64,000 bases of DNA from Pyrinomonadaceae bacterium (GCA_051002775.1 JBPCLZ010000001.1:13016-77015); one strand, 5' to 3'. Positions 26,385 to 38,002 are shown, counted from the stretch's first letter. A program made the numbers and translations. Notes: generated by a model from the sequence alone, not told the origin.

Positions 26385-27530
26385 TTGAGTACTGAATCAG
26401 GTTTCTTGTTTACCTCGGAGTCGGTCACTGAGGGCCATCCGGACAAAATCTCCGACGCAATATCAGACGCAGTTTTAGACGCAGCCTTGACCGAGGATCC
26501 AAGGGCGCGGGTCGCTTGCGAAACACTCGTGACCACCGGCCTGGTGGTTATCGCTGGAGAAATCACGACTGAGGCGCGCATCGACTATGGTCGCGTGGCG
26601 CGTGATGCAATCAAAGAGATTGGTTACACCAGGGCCAAGTATGGCTTTGACTCGGAAACTTGCAGCGTCTTGTCGGCGATTGACCGGCAGTCCCCAGACA
26701 TCGCGATGGGCGTTGATACGGGCGGCGCCGGCGACCAGGGCTTGATGTTCGGGTTCGCATGCAATGAGACACCGGAGTTGATGCCGCTGCCCATTCAGCT
26801 GGCGCACATGCTCGCCAAACGGCTTTCCGAAGTTCGCAAGTCCGGCGAACTTCCCTATTTGCGGCCTGACGGAAAATCACAGGTAACGATTGAGTACCGC
26901 GATGGCCGGCCGTTTCGAGTGGAAGCGGTGGTGATTTCGTCTCAGCACAGTCCTGACGTTGAAAACGATCAGTTGCGCGCGGAGATTCAGGAAAAAGTGA
27001 TCAAGCACACTGTTTCCGACGAGCTGCTTGATAAAGATACCAAGTATCACATTAACCCAACGGGAAGGTTCGTGACTGGTGGACCACAGGGCGATGCGGG
27101 CCTGACTGGAAGAAAGATCATCGTTGACACCTACGGTGGCTACGCTCCGCACGGTGGCGGCGCCTTTTCCGGAAAGGATCCCACGAAGGTTGATCGCTCC
27201 GCTGCATACATGGCGCGCTACGTGGCGAAAAATATTGTGGCGGCCGGCCTTGCTGATCGATGCCAGGTGCAGCTCGCCTACGCGATCGGCGTCGCCGATC
27301 CGGTGTCGGTTAACGTTGAAACGGCGGGGACGGGTCGCATCTCAGAGCATGCACTTGCCAAGCTGGTGCGCGATCATTTTGAACTAACGCCGCGCGGGAT
27401 CATCGAGTCACTCGACCTGCGCCGGCCAATCTACAAAGCAACCGCTGCCTATGGTCACTTCGGCCGCGATGGTTTTAGTTGGGAAAAAACCGATAAAGCT
27501 GAAGCGCTTCGAACCGCTGCCGGCATTTAA
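26385..27530 (+). CDS. metK: S-adenosylmethionine synthetase
   Basis: [27 protein letters not shown].., [29 protein letters not shown] place the start at TTG 26385, 5 nt after AAAGGAG. The track ORF begins earlier at a non-SD position. Confidence 0.92.
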   Translation: MSTESGFLFTSESVTEGHPDKISDAISDAVLDAALTEDPRARVACETLVTTGLVVIAGEITTEARIDYGRVARDAIKEIGYTRAKYGFDSETCSVLSAIDRQSPDIAMGVDTGGAGDQGLMFGFACNETPELMPLPIQLAHMLAKRLSEVRKSGELPYLRPDGKSQVTIEYRDGRPFRVEAVVISSQHSPDVENDQLRAEIQEKVIKHTVSDELLDKDTKYHINPTGRFVTGGPQGDAGLTGRKIIVDTYGGYAPHGGGAFSGKDPTKVDRSAAYMARYVAKNIVAAGLADRCQVQLAYAIGVADPVSVNVETAGTGRISEHALAKLVRDHFELTPRGIIESLDLRRPIYKATAAYGHFGRDGFSWEKTDKAEALRTAAGI

Positions 27531-27555
27531 GTTATTTCGCCGGCGGATCTATTAA

Positions 27556-28863
<1,308 letters not shown>

Positions 28864-28896
28864 CAGAAGAACCAACGGAGTTCTGAAGCAGTTCAG

Positions 28897-28953
28897 ATGT
28901 CCGATAAGCTTAGTTGTCGTAACGCAGCGACAAACCAAAAGCTTATCGGACAT
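28897..28953. repeat. Minimal repeat family B hairpin; likely convergent terminator between ahcY and the lptFG gene
   Basis: ATGTCCGATAAGCTT (28897-28911) pairs with AAGCTTATCGGACAT (28939-28953), a perfect 15-bp match. There is an inner GTTGTCG/CGACAAAC pairing. TTTTT follows on the plus strand. Confidence 0.8.
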
Positions 28954-28956
28954 TTT

Positions 28957-31248
28957 TCAGGTGCGGATTCGAGAAAGAAAATAGGTCCCTGCCGCGGCAA
29001 ATATCACGGGTGGGGACCAGGCGGCAACCTCAGGCGGCAACAACGCATGGTTTCCCAGTTGCTGAAAACCGCCCCCCATTGCCCAATAAGCAATACTCAC
29101 TCCGACGGCTACGACCAACGCCACCATCGCTCCCCTTCTGCCGAATGCCAGCGCCAACGGCATTCCGATAAACGCCATTACGATAACGCTAAAAGGATTG
29201 ACGTACTTGCGTTGGAGCGCAAGGGCGAGTGCCGAAACGTCGCTCCCTCGTTGTTTAGCCGTGCGCAGATAGCCTGCGAGGGCGGTCACGCCAAGCTGCG
29301 AGGGCTTATCAACCGTCGGCCTGAAAACGGCGGGGGGTTCGACCTGCACCAGTTCAGCATCGGCTACTGGCTGACGTTCCACCACCATCCCTCGCAGGTT
29401 AACGGTTTCTGCTTGTTTAACGAGCAATTGGTTGTTACTGGTCCACACGCCTGTCTCTCCGATCATAACCCGACTTAGGTGCACGCCTTCATCATCCAGT
29501 TCGAAAATAATCGGTTGCTGCAAGACCTCACGAGGGTCGTCAAATTCATAGGAATACAGACGCTTGCTTTCGACGGAGGCCAGCCACTGGCGTCCGCTGC
29601 CGGTAATTGCGCGCGGCTGACCCCCGCGAATCCGAGCGCGCAACGCCTCCTGCTTTACGTTAGCTGACGGCATCAAGTGTTCCTGAACCAGCCACGCGCC
29701 GGCGGCCGCCGCGATCGCAAACAGCAATCCGGGAATCATCAGGCGATAAACGCTTTGACCCGAGGCCCACCAGGCAACCGCTTCGCTGCGGCGGGCCAGG
29801 AGTGCGTAAGTGATCAAGACCGTAATCAACATGGTTGCGGGAAACAATTCCACTGCGACCAACGGCAGGAGGTAGAGCAGGTATCTGACGACGATGCCCG
29901 CCGGCACATGATTCGTTCCGATAAAACGCCAGAGTTCAAATAGCGTAAAAATAAGAAAGATAGAAACCAAAGAGACAAAAGCGACGACAAAACTCGCTGT
30001 CAGGGTGCGAAACAAACTCGTATCCAACAAACTCGGAAAACCGGAACGGGCACCGACAGTCTGCTCAGTTACAGTGGAACTTGGTGCAACATCATCCCGT
30101 GGTGCGCTTCGCTTGAACCTGTTTCCCAGGCTGATTGCCGGAAGCCGGTTGAACATGAGCAAGAGCAAACTAAAAATGAGAATTACAGCTGAGGCCAGCC
30201 ATAATCCGACCACTGCCGGGACTGCATTGCTTCTAGCCATGGATTCACCGAGCAGAGAAATCAGGTAGTAGATAACAACCACACATATCGTCAGCAAAAC
30301 GCCCGCGCCTCTTCCGCCCCGTCTTACGCGCAAGCCGACCAGTCCTCCAAGAAATGCAAAAAGAAGCGGCGAAACAGAAAGCGCCAAACGGCGGTGTAAT
30401 GTCCTTTCGCCTTCCCCTCTTTCCTTTACATCGGCTGAATGGATTTGCTGTTGTAAATCCGTCCAATTCATTTCCTCGCTCTGAATTTCTTTTTCAGTTA
30501 GCGTCTGTAACAGTGCCGCGCGGCCGGTGTTAACGGCGAGTCTTAACTGATCGAGATGTTCAACGACGTAGGAGCTATCGTTGCTATCCGGGCGCGGCAA
30601 CTTCAAGGCAAGGGCGTCGCTTAGAACCAACTCCGATTTGTCAGCGGAAGAATCAATACGCCCTTCTCTCGCAGTTACAATCCGAGTAGACCCGTCGCCC
30701 TGTTGCGCGTAGATGAAAACGCGCCCCCACGTGCCCCGCACCTTGTCGCCGTCTCTAACGTAAATAACGTAACCGGGAAGTTCGGTGTTAAAGGTCCGAG
30801 GTTCGACTGGCGACTCGAGTTTCTTAAGTGCTCCCTGAATAACAACTCGGCGCAGGTCGCGAGCAGCTTGTGGCGCTTCCTTCAGATGTAAGTAGGTTGT
30901 CCCCGCCGTAGCGATCGCGCCGATAAATAGCGCCGGCCACAACAGAGTCCAGGTGCCAACCCCGGCTGCGCGCATCGCGATCACTTCGCTATCGCTGCCC
31001 ATTCGCGAAAAACCAATGATGATGCCCGCCAGTACTGCAACCGGCAGAGTCAGGATCAAAACGTTGGGAAGAAGGGCCGCGGCAATCTCGCCGGCGAGGT
31101 CCATCGGCAGGTCTGCATATACAGCAAGCTCCGAAAACCGCCCAGCCTGCTGGGTGAAAAGAATCGCTGACAGCAGGGCCGCAGAAAGCAACACATAAGG
31201 TATCGCCTCAAGGACGATGTATTTTGGTATTAACTTTGGAGCGGTCAT
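28957..31248 (-). CDS. Fused LptF/LptG-type LPS-export permease (two YjgP/YjgQ modules in one polypeptide)
   Basis: 763 aa. Module 1 starts KYIVLEAIPYVLLSAALLSAILF...LPNVLILTLPVAVLAGIIIGFSRMGSDSEVIAMRAAGV. Module 2 starts ~aa 400 with LFRTLTASFVVAFVSLVSIFLIF...LLPLVAVELFPATMLITVLITYALLARRSEAVAWWASGQS. Confidence 0.8.
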   Translation of the reverse strand: MTAPKLIPKYIVLEAIPYVLLSAALLSAILFTQQAGRFSELAVYADLPMDLAGEIAAALLPNVLILTLPVAVLAGIIIGFSRMGSDSEVIAMRAAGVGTWTLLWPALFIGAIATAGTTYLHLKEAPQAARDLRRVVIQGALKKLESPVEPRTFNTELPGYVIYVRDGDKVRGTWGRVFIYAQQGDGSTRIVTAREGRIDSSADKSELVLSDALALKLPRPDSNDSSYVVEHLDQLRLAVNTGRAALLQTLTEKEIQSEEMNWTDLQQQIHSADVKERGEGERTLHRRLALSVSPLLFAFLGGLVGLRVRRGGRGAGVLLTICVVVIYYLISLLGESMARSNAVPAVVGLWLASAVILIFSLLLLMFNRLPAISLGNRFKRSAPRDDVAPSSTVTEQTVGARSGFPSLLDTSLFRTLTASFVVAFVSLVSIFLIFTLFELWRFIGTNHVPAGIVVRYLLYLLPLVAVELFPATMLITVLITYALLARRSEAVAWWASGQSVYRLMIPGLLFAIAAAAGAWLVQEHLMPSANVKQEALRARIRGGQPRAITGSGRQWLASVESKRLYSYEFDDPREVLQQPIIFELDDEGVHLSRVMIGETGVWTSNNQLLVKQAETVNLRGMVVERQPVADAELVQVEPPAVFRPTVDKPSQLGVTALAGYLRTAKQRGSDVSALALALQRKYVNPFSVIVMAFIGMPLALAFGRRGAMVALVVAVGVSIAYWAMGGGFQQLGNHALLPPEVAAWSPPVIFAAAGTYFLSRIRT

Positions 31249-31282
31249 TTATTCAAAGTGCGTGGACTCGCCTAATTACGAC

Positions 31283-32026
31283 TCATTGAAAAGTTGGACG
31301 TAGGCGCGGTTGCCTCTCCAGCACGCGGCCGATCATCTGGTGGGTAAGCTCGGCAAATTCGCGGCGCACAATATCCGAAACCTCATGTGATGCTTTAACA
31401 AATGACTCCGGTGCCAGCTTTTGCGTGGCCCGCAATTGAGATTGTAGTTTTCCGGACAAGGCGCTGCCGGGACCCTGACTGCATCGCCGGCACCGTAGAA
31501 CAAGATCCAGATTCAGAAACGCGGCATTCGCTTCGTTAAACTCCTGATGGCAATCGCCGCAGCGGCGAATGTCCGGAAGGTATCCCTGCAGTTTCAATAG
31601 CCAGATCTCAAAATACCTAAGCACAACCTGCAAGTCATCGGGCGATTGAGAAATAGCTTCAAGGCAAGCCTTCACCATACGGAAGAGGTTGTCGTTGGCC
31701 TCGTGTGGTGGCGAAAACTCAATGACCAGGTCGCCCATGTATGCGAGGCCCGTAAGCGTTTCCGCCTGGCTTGAAAGATCAAAATGCGACTTAAGAATCT
31801 CTGCGCTGCGCACCGAAACGAGCTCATGGTTTTCCTTTTCGTAGTAGGTGAGTTTGTTGAGGGTGAAAGGCTCGAGCGCAGCGCCGAAGCGGCTCTTTAG
31901 TTTTCGGCAACCCTTGGCAACACCGCGAACGACACCGGCCGCATGGGTTAAAGCTACGACGATCTTGTCCGCTTCGCCGAAGTTATAAGTACGCAGGACC
32001 AGTGCCTCAGTCTCAATAATTGCCAT
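31283..32026 (-). CDS. recO: DNA repair protein RecO
   Basis: 247 aa. IIETEALVLRTYNFGEADKIVVALT...G..RGVAKG plus a C-x2-C...C-x2-C zinc motif (CGDC...CRRC). Confidence 0.85.
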   Translation of the reverse strand: MAIIETEALVLRTYNFGEADKIVVALTHAAGVVRGVAKGCRKLKSRFGAALEPFTLNKLTYYEKENHELVSVRSAEILKSHFDLSSQAETLTGLAYMGDLVIEFSPPHEANDNLFRMVKACLEAISQSPDDLQVVLRYFEIWLLKLQGYLPDIRRCGDCHQEFNEANAAFLNLDLVLRCRRCSQGPGSALSGKLQSQLRATQKLAPESFVKASHEVSDIVRREFAELTHQMIGRVLERQPRLRPTFQ

Positions 32027-32045
32027 TCTTACTTGCCGCCGGGCA

Positions 32046-32198
32046 CTAGAAAGGAAGGAAATAGAGAATCCAACTCAATACGAGTCCAATGGCCATGAAT
32101 TCAACGAATACTTTAAGTCCGTAAGTAACTCGGTCCCTCGTCGTGTCTTTGGCCACGGTGCCGAATACAACTGCCGCCAGCACGGCGAACACGGTCAT
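32046..32198 (-). CDS. Possible small membrane protein (50 aa)
   Basis: Below the ORF-track threshold. MTVFAVLAAVVFGTVAKDTTRDRVTYGLKVFVEFMAIGLVLSWILYFLPF has two hydrophobic segments. It fills the gap between the 145-aa membrane protein gene and recO. Confidence 0.35.
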   Translation of the reverse strand: MTVFAVLAAVVFGTVAKDTTRDRVTYGLKVFVEFMAIGLVLSWILYFLPF

Positions 32199-32212
32199 AA
32201 CTAAAAAGTGTC

Positions 32213-32650
32213 TCACACCTTCCTCCCCGCCGCGATATCGAAGGCGTCGAGCATGGCGAGATAATTCAACAAGCCAGCTACCAACAGAAAGGTGTTTCCA
32301 TACTCATAAGTGGCGCGCGCAGCGTGGGCGGGATCGTCAGCAAAGCCGACGCCGAAAACCCACGAGACGATATATAGAATCCCTGATCCGAGATTCGCAA
32401 TCATTGGAGGCAGTTGCAACAGAGACGACAAGCCCTGTTCAGTGCCGCTGACGATAAACAGGTGCCCACCCATCCAAAGTCCGCCAAGGAAACTAATCCA
32501 GACTGCGCCTCCCAAAAGCGACGCGCGAACCCATCGTCCCTGCAACAAGTGACCAAGGCCCGGTACTAACCAAGCCGCAATTCCCATAAGCCAGGCGTGC
32601 GCCGAAGCGCTTTCCCGGTTATCAAATTTTCCAGCATCTGCCCTACTCAA
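32213..32650 (-). CDS. Integral membrane protein of unknown function
   Basis: 145 aa with 4 hydrophobic segments. Motif ..LVPGLGHLLQGRWVRA... Confidence 0.55.
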   Translation of the reverse strand: MSRADAGKFDNRESASAHAWLMGIAAWLVPGLGHLLQGRWVRASLLGGAVWISFLGGLWMGGHLFIVSGTEQGLSSLLQLPPMIANLGSGILYIVSWVFGVGFADDPAHAARATYEYGNTFLLVAGLLNYLAMLDAFDIAAGRKV

Positions 32651-32811
32651 ATTACGTCCTCCAACCGTGATCCATTGTTTCGTAGCAAACCTCTATGCCT
32701 AAGGTTCTGGTTTAGCTGTAAGGCATCGCTTGGCCGTGTGGTGGTCCATCTGTTCACTCAGGACTTTAACCATCGGCGCGCCGACCCTTAACAACGCACC
32801 TTAACTGATGC

Positions 32812-33990
32812 TCAGTACAGCAGAAACTGCTCACGTAGTTTCTTAAACTCCGCCAGCCCCGGTTCCCAGTTTTCCCGCAGCTTACTGACCGTGGTTCCCT
32901 CTTCGAATGCTTCCCTGATCTTCGTGGTACCCGCAATCACGTCAAACGGGTTTCTATCGAAAACATATTCATACGGCGGCTCCTTCCAACGGAAGCCTTC
33001 CGGATATAAATCATGTGCGACCTTAACCATGGTAAGGCCCGTCGTCACTGGTTCAAACTCGTCCCGGTTATTAACGTGAATCTGCACGCCGCCGCAACTT
33101 GTGCCTGCGTGCTTCTGAAACGTGGGACGAAAAATACAGCTGCGAAAGTAAACGCCCGGCAGCTTAGCATCGTTAAGCTGTGCCGCATATTCTTCTGAAA
33201 TTATGTATGGCGCTCCTACCAGTTCAAATGGTCGCGTCGTTCCCCTGCCCTCCGATATCTGCGTGCCTTCGAAGTGAACAGTGCCAGGAAAGACTGTCGC
33301 AGCGTCTATCGTCGGCATGTTGGGCGAAGGCATCACCCAGGGCGCGTCTGTTTGATCGTGCCAGAACTGGCGGTCCCATCCATGCATGGTCAGCACTTCC
33401 AGCTCACAGTTGATTCCAAAGTGTTCATTAAACAATCTTGCCAACTCGCCCAGGGTCATGCCGTGACGCGTGGGAATGGGAAACAGTCCAACAAAAGACG
33501 CCTGTTCGGATTCAAGGACGTTACCCGCTACATCTCGGCCATTGATTGGATTTGGCCGGTCGCAAACGATTACTTTTTTTTCAAACTTGCGAGCTGCTGC
33601 CATGCAATTGGCCAGAGTGTAAGCGAATGTATAGATGCGGCAGCCGACGTCCTGCATGTCAAAAACCAGCACATCGAGATCTCGAAGCATGCTTTCGGTA
33701 GGTTCACGCGTTTCACTGTAGAGGGAATAAATCGGTAGTCCCGTTTCGCGATCGGTGGCGTGATCGGTTTCAATCATGTTGTCTTGAACATCGCCGCGGA
33801 TCCCGTGCTGGGGACCAAAGAGCGTCTGAAGTTGAACGCCGGGCTGCGCCTTCAAAAGATCTGCGACGTGATGAAACTGATGATCAACCGAAGCCTGATT
33901 GCATACGAGGCCCAGGCGCGCACCCTTAATGCGGTGAGTGTCGGCCTCAAGAAGTTTCTCAATTCCCAGCTTGACGTGTTTACGATTCAT
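32812..33990 (-). CDS. DUF1343 family protein (YbbC/NamZ-like exo-beta-N-acetylmuramidase)
   Basis: 392 aa. ..GARLGLVCNQASVD....LFGPQHGIRGDVQDNM...IYSLY...LDVLVFDMQDVGCRIYTF...RPNPI.G. Confidence 0.8.
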   Translation of the reverse strand: MNRKHVKLGIEKLLEADTHRIKGARLGLVCNQASVDHQFHHVADLLKAQPGVQLQTLFGPQHGIRGDVQDNMIETDHATDRETGLPIYSLYSETREPTESMLRDLDVLVFDMQDVGCRIYTFAYTLANCMAAARKFEKKVIVCDRPNPINGRDVAGNVLESEQASFVGLFPIPTRHGMTLGELARLFNEHFGINCELEVLTMHGWDRQFWHDQTDAPWVMPSPNMPTIDAATVFPGTVHFEGTQISEGRGTTRPFELVGAPYIISEEYAAQLNDAKLPGVYFRSCIFRPTFQKHAGTSCGGVQIHVNNRDEFEPVTTGLTMVKVAHDLYPEGFRWKEPPYEYVFDRNPFDVIAGTTKIREAFEEGTTVSKLRENWEPGLAEFKKLREQFLLY

Positions 33991-34039
33991 CGATTCCAGC
34001 TCAGGGGTTTCCGCTAAGACTTAAAGTAAAACATTAATG

Positions 34040-34807
34040 CTAACCACAAAGGACCGAGCCGCCGTTTACGTTCAGAATCTCTCCGCTGATGTGCCTGGCC
34101 CACTCAGTGCAAAGAAATGCGATGGGGCCGGCGACGTCTTCAGAAGTCGCGATGGCGCCAACCGGAATTGTCGCGGCTATCGCTTTTCGCTGCTCGTCGT
34201 CACCCAGAGCTGCTTCTGTCATCTCCGTATCGACCCAACCTGGCGCGACCGCGTTAACGTTGATCCCCCACTCGGCCAACTCACTTGCAAGCGATTTGGT
34301 AAAAGCAATCAGTCCGCCTTTTGATGCGGCGTAATTGGAATAGTTCGCTTCGCCTCGCTGGCCGGCGGTTGAAGTGACTATGACAATTTTGCCTGACCGC
34401 TGCTTCTTGAAGATGGGAACTGCGGCACGACATACGGTCCAGGCGCCCTTAAGGTTTATGTCCATGGTTCGATCCCACAACTCTTCGGACAGATTCTCTA
34501 CCGGCGCGCCTTCCCAGATTCCAGCGTTGCAAACCAGGATGTCCACCCGCTTGAAACGTTTGACGGATGCGTCAAGCAAACGTTCCGCGTCATCAAGCTT
34601 TGCGATGTTGGCCCTGAATGAGATTGCTTCCCTGCCCCGGGCGTCGGCGGCGACAACCTCAGCCGCCGCGGTTTCGTCGCTAATATAATTGACGACAACA
34701 TGCGCCCCGAGCTTCGCGAGTAGTTGAACTGTAGCGCGGCCAATTCCTCTCGAGCCGCCAGTAATAATCGCAACGCAACCGTCCAGTGATAACTCTTGCA
34801 GATCCAT
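34040..34807 (-). CDS. SDR-family oxidoreductase (FabG-like)
   Basis: 255 aa. TGGSRGIGRA cofactor motif, NAG, and the catalytic Y-x3-K (YAASKGG). Confidence 0.85.
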   Translation of the reverse strand: MDLQELSLDGCVAIITGGSRGIGRATVQLLAKLGAHVVVNYISDETAAAEVVAADARGREAISFRANIAKLDDAERLLDASVKRFKRVDILVCNAGIWEGAPVENLSEELWDRTMDINLKGAWTVCRAAVPIFKKQRSGKIVIVTSTAGQRGEANYSNYAASKGGLIAFTKSLASELAEWGINVNAVAPGWVDTEMTEAALGDDEQRKAIAATIPVGAIATSEDVAGPIAFLCTEWARHISGEILNVNGGSVLCG

Positions 34808-34813
34808 CTCAGT

Positions 34814-35601
34814 TCAAGTTTGCGTTGCGACCAGCGAATCGACTTGCAGCGAGCGATGGGCGGCGCAAACTTTCACAAACTCACTGAACAACCTCTGTGA
34901 CAGCTCATCTTTCTGCCAACCCAACTCAGGATGCCATTGCACGCCGAGAGCAAAACGATTCGGCCTGATGTCTTCAACTGCTTCAATCAGACCATCAGAG
35001 GCCCAGGCGGTGGCCCTCAAATCTTTGCCGACGCTTTCAATCGCCTGGTGATGATGGCTGTTGACCACGGCGTTCTCACCTTTCGCAAGTGCGACGAGTA
35101 GACTATTTTCCCCTAACCTGAGTGCGTGCGAAGGACGGTCGCGTGGCGCGCCTTGCTCATGTTTAATTGCGTTCGGAAACTGCGTGCTTATGTCCTGGAC
35201 CAGGGTGCCGCCGCGAAACACATTCAATATTTGCATGCCAAAGCATATCGCAAAGAGCGGCAGGTTACGTCGTTCGATTTCCTCAAGCACGAGGATGTCG
35301 GTTTCGTCTTTAACCGGCACAACGCTGCCCAGTTGCGGATGTGGTTGGGCACCATAACGAAGTGGATCGACGGCTTCCGGGTAGTAGTATGCCGTCGAGC
35401 GGAGTCGATAACTGCTGAAATATATCTCCGCTGGGGTATCAGACTGAGATGCACAGGCGCGCCACCGGCGGCTTCTACAGCTTCGCTATAATCCCGTCCC
35501 AGGTAGAAGCGATCGGTACGCAACTCAAGACGCATCGTGATGCCAATGCGCGGGCGTTGCTGATCTAACAATGATTCGTAACTCATAGCGGAAACTATCA
35601 T
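34814..35601 (-). pseudogene. Gamma-glutamyl-GABA-hydrolase-like class I glutamine amidotransferase (peptidase C26), interrupted by two frameshifts
   Basis: Homology continues across three frames. Frame 1: RPRIGITM..AGGAPVHLSLIP. Frame 2: GDIFQQLSTPLDGILLPGS. Frame 3: VDPLRYGAQPHP...PLFAICFGMQILNV...GVQWHPE. Shift points are near the GGGG run at 35433-35436 and near 35371-35378. Confidence 0.65.
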
Positions 35602-35642
35602 AGCCTAAAATCATGAAAGGTTCTTACCGCGAGCCTTATTAG

Positions 35643-35884
35643 TTTCGCTGCAAATGACCGATAAACTTCAGGAGGTCTGATCACGTGGAAGCGTCAACTC
35701 CTTGGAGTGCGCTGGCCCGGCAGCGCTTTGGTCCGACTGACCTTTATGGCCCGCCATAGTTGAATCCTTGGCCGGCGCAGGCCAAAGCGGCGCCGGGCCG
35801 CCGCACTCCAAGGAGTTGACGCTTCACTTACTCAGCGCTTTTTTTAGTTTGTCGCGTTACCACTAGCTAAAGCTTATCGGGCAT
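35643..35884. repeat. Repeat family B copy (inverted relative to 17511-17805) carrying a nested C-like element (35677-35835) with perfect 24-bp internal inverted repeats
   Basis: The ends TTTCGCTGCAAATGACCGATAAACTT and AGCTAAAGCTTATCGGGCAT match family B. The inner ends are CTGATCACGTGG...CACTTACTCAG. The perfect arms are GAAGCGTCAACTCCTTGGAGTGCG (35688-35711) and its complement (35802-35825). Confidence 0.8.
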
Positions 35885-35958
35885 CAACTAGTGAACTCAT
35901 GGATACCTGCTTGCTTGACTTGCGTTCAAACGACTTCCTATAGTGACCCTTGCCAAAA

Positions 35959-36504
35959 ATGCCATCCGAAAATCCCCGCATTCGCAGCACGACCGTGTTG
36001 CTGGTTCGTAAAGAAGGACGAGTTGCGCTCGCCGGTGACGGCCAGGTAACGCTGGGCGAAACCATCATGAAGAGCAGCGCGAAAAAGGTCCGCCGGCTGT
36101 ATAACGACAGCATCCTTGCGGGGTTTGCCGGTTCAACCGCCGACGCTTTTGCGCTGTTGACGCGTTTCGAAAGCAAGCTCGAGCAATATCATGGGAACCT
36201 TGAGCGAGCGTCGATTGAACTCAGCAAGGAATGGCGCACCGATAAAGCTCTTCGGCATCTGGAAGCCCTACTCGTCGTCGCGGATAGCAAGAGCTCGTTC
36301 CTGCTCTCCGGCAATGGTGACGTGATTGCCCCTGACGATGGCGTTCTGGCAATCGGTTCGGGAGGCTCCTATGCGTTGGCGGCCGCTCGTGCACTCGCTA
36401 AACATACCCAACTCTCGGCGCGCGATATCGCCGTCGAAGCGCTCGCGATCGCCGGTGAGATCTGTATCTACTCAAATCAAAATATCGTCGTTGAGGAATT
36501 GTAA
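35959..36504 (+). CDS. hslV: ATP-dependent protease subunit HslV
   Basis: ..[37 protein letters not shown]...[10 protein letters not shown]. The start is ATG 35959 or TTG 35950. Either leaves a 10-13-aa extension before the catalytic Thr-Thr. Confidence 0.9.
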   Translation: MPSENPRIRSTTVLLVRKEGRVALAGDGQVTLGETIMKSSAKKVRRLYNDSILAGFAGSTADAFALLTRFESKLEQYHGNLERASIELSKEWRTDKALRHLEALLVVADSKSSFLLSGNGDVIAPDDGVLAIGSGGSYALAAARALAKHTQLSARDIAVEALAIAGEICIYSNQNIVVEEL

Positions 36505-36619
36505 AACGATTCGCGTACTGCGTGGCGCCAGTTAATAACAATAGTTAGCAATAATGGTAAGGCACTAAATGGTTATTTATCTCGAAGGCGACGTTGACGA
36601 AGAGCTGCAGCTTGATGAA

Positions 36620-38002
36620 ATGACTCCGCGTCAGATCGTCGCCGAGCTGGACAAACATGTTGTGGGCCAGCGCAACGCGAAACGCGCGGTGGCGATCGCA
36701 TTGCGAAATCGAATCCGGCGTCAGAAACTGCCCCCCGAGATGGCGGTGGATGTGATGCCCAAGAACATGATCATGATTGGCTCGACCGGGGTCGGCAAAA
36801 CGGAAATTGCGCGACGCCTCGCTCGCCTGTCCAATTCTCCATTTCTCAAAGTCGAGGCGTCGAAATTTACCGAAGTTGGTTATGTGGGCCGAGACGTAGA
36901 AAGTATGATTCGCGACTTGACCGAAATAGCTGTCGACATGATTCGGCAGGAGAAGATCGATGAAGTTGCGGAGAAGGCTGAGCTGAATGTCGAGGAGCAA
37001 CTTTTAGATCTCTTATTGCCGCCGCCGCGCGGCTCTTCGACTCTCTACGATTTCGATCCCAGTAATACGGACCAACCGTCCCCGTCCGACGCCGGCGCCG
37101 ATGCCAGCCGGGACGACCAGTTTCAGCGCACACGCGAAAAACTGCGGGCACAACTGCGCGACGGTAAACTCGACAACCGCCTGGTGGAGGTCGAGATACG
37201 CGAGAAGAATTTTCCGGTCATTGAACTCGCCGGCCCGCAAGGAGTCGAAGAGATGGGCATCAACATGAAGGACATGTTGGGCAGCATGTTTCAAGGCCGG
37301 ACCAAGAACCGGAAAATGACGGTCGACGAGGCGATCGAGCATTTGATGGCGGAAGAGGAAGAGCGCCTGATCGACATGGACCAGGTGGCGCGCGCCGCAA
37401 TTGAACGTGTGGAACAGTCGGGAATAATCTTCCTCGATGAAATCGACAAGATTGCCGGACGCGAATCTGGACACGGACCGGATGTTTCGCGTGAAGGGGT
37501 GCAGCGCGACATTTTACCAATCGTTGAAGGAACGACAGTCAACTCTCGCTACGGAATGGTCAGGACCGACCATATCCTGTTCATCGCGGCCGGCGCCTTT
37601 CACGTTTCCAAGCCAGCGGATCTTATCCCCGAATTGCAGGGCCGCTTTCCCATTCGGGTCGAATTGGAATCGTTAACGGTCGAGGATTTCAAACGAATTC
37701 TTACTGAGCCGAAAAACGCTTTGATAAAACAGTATCAGGCGATGATGGCGACTGAAGACGTCAACTTAGACTTTACTGAAGATGCGATCGATTCGATTGC
37801 GAACTTTGCCGCGCGTGTGAACGAGAACACAGAAAACATTGGTGCGCGCCGCCTGCAGACAATCATGGAAAAACTGCTTGAAGAGATAAGTTTTGAAGGG
37901 CCTGACCTCGAGCCCAAAGACCAGCGAATCGACGCTGCTTACGTTGATGCAATGCTCGCAGAAACTGTTAAGGACCAGGACCTCAGCCGCTACATTCTGT
38001 GA
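36620..38002 (+). CDS. hslU: ATP-dependent protease ATPase subunit HslU
   Basis: [29 protein letters not shown], Walker [16 protein letters not shown], Walker [11 protein letters not shown]. The start is chosen by similarity to canonical HslU N-termini. An alternative ATG at 36569 would add 17 aa. Confidence 0.9.
   Translation: MTPRQIVAELDKHVVGQRNAKRAVAIALRNRIRRQKLPPEMAVDVMPKNMIMIGSTGVGKTEIARRLARLSNSPFLKVEASKFTEVGYVGRDVESMIRDLTEIAVDMIRQEKIDEVAEKAELNVEEQLLDLLLPPPRGSSTLYDFDPSNTDQPSPSDAGADASRDDQFQRTREKLRAQLRDGKLDNRLVEVEIREKNFPVIELAGPQGVEEMGINMKDMLGSMFQGRTKNRKMTVDEAIEHLMAEEEERLIDMDQVARAAIERVEQSGIIFLDEIDKIAGRESGHGPDVSREGVQRDILPIVEGTTVNSRYGMVRTDHILFIAAGAFHVSKPADLIPELQGRFPIRVELESLTVEDFKRILTEPKNALIKQYQAMMATEDVNLDFTEDAIDSIANFAARVNENTENIGARRLQTIMEKLLEEISFEGPDLEPKDQRIDAAYVDAMLAETVKDQDLSRYIL

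Noticed and set aside
28897-29478. 193-aa plus-strand ORF starting in the family B hairpin
   Set aside because: It is antisense to the LptF/G permease gene, and its 'MSDKL' start is repeat-encoded.
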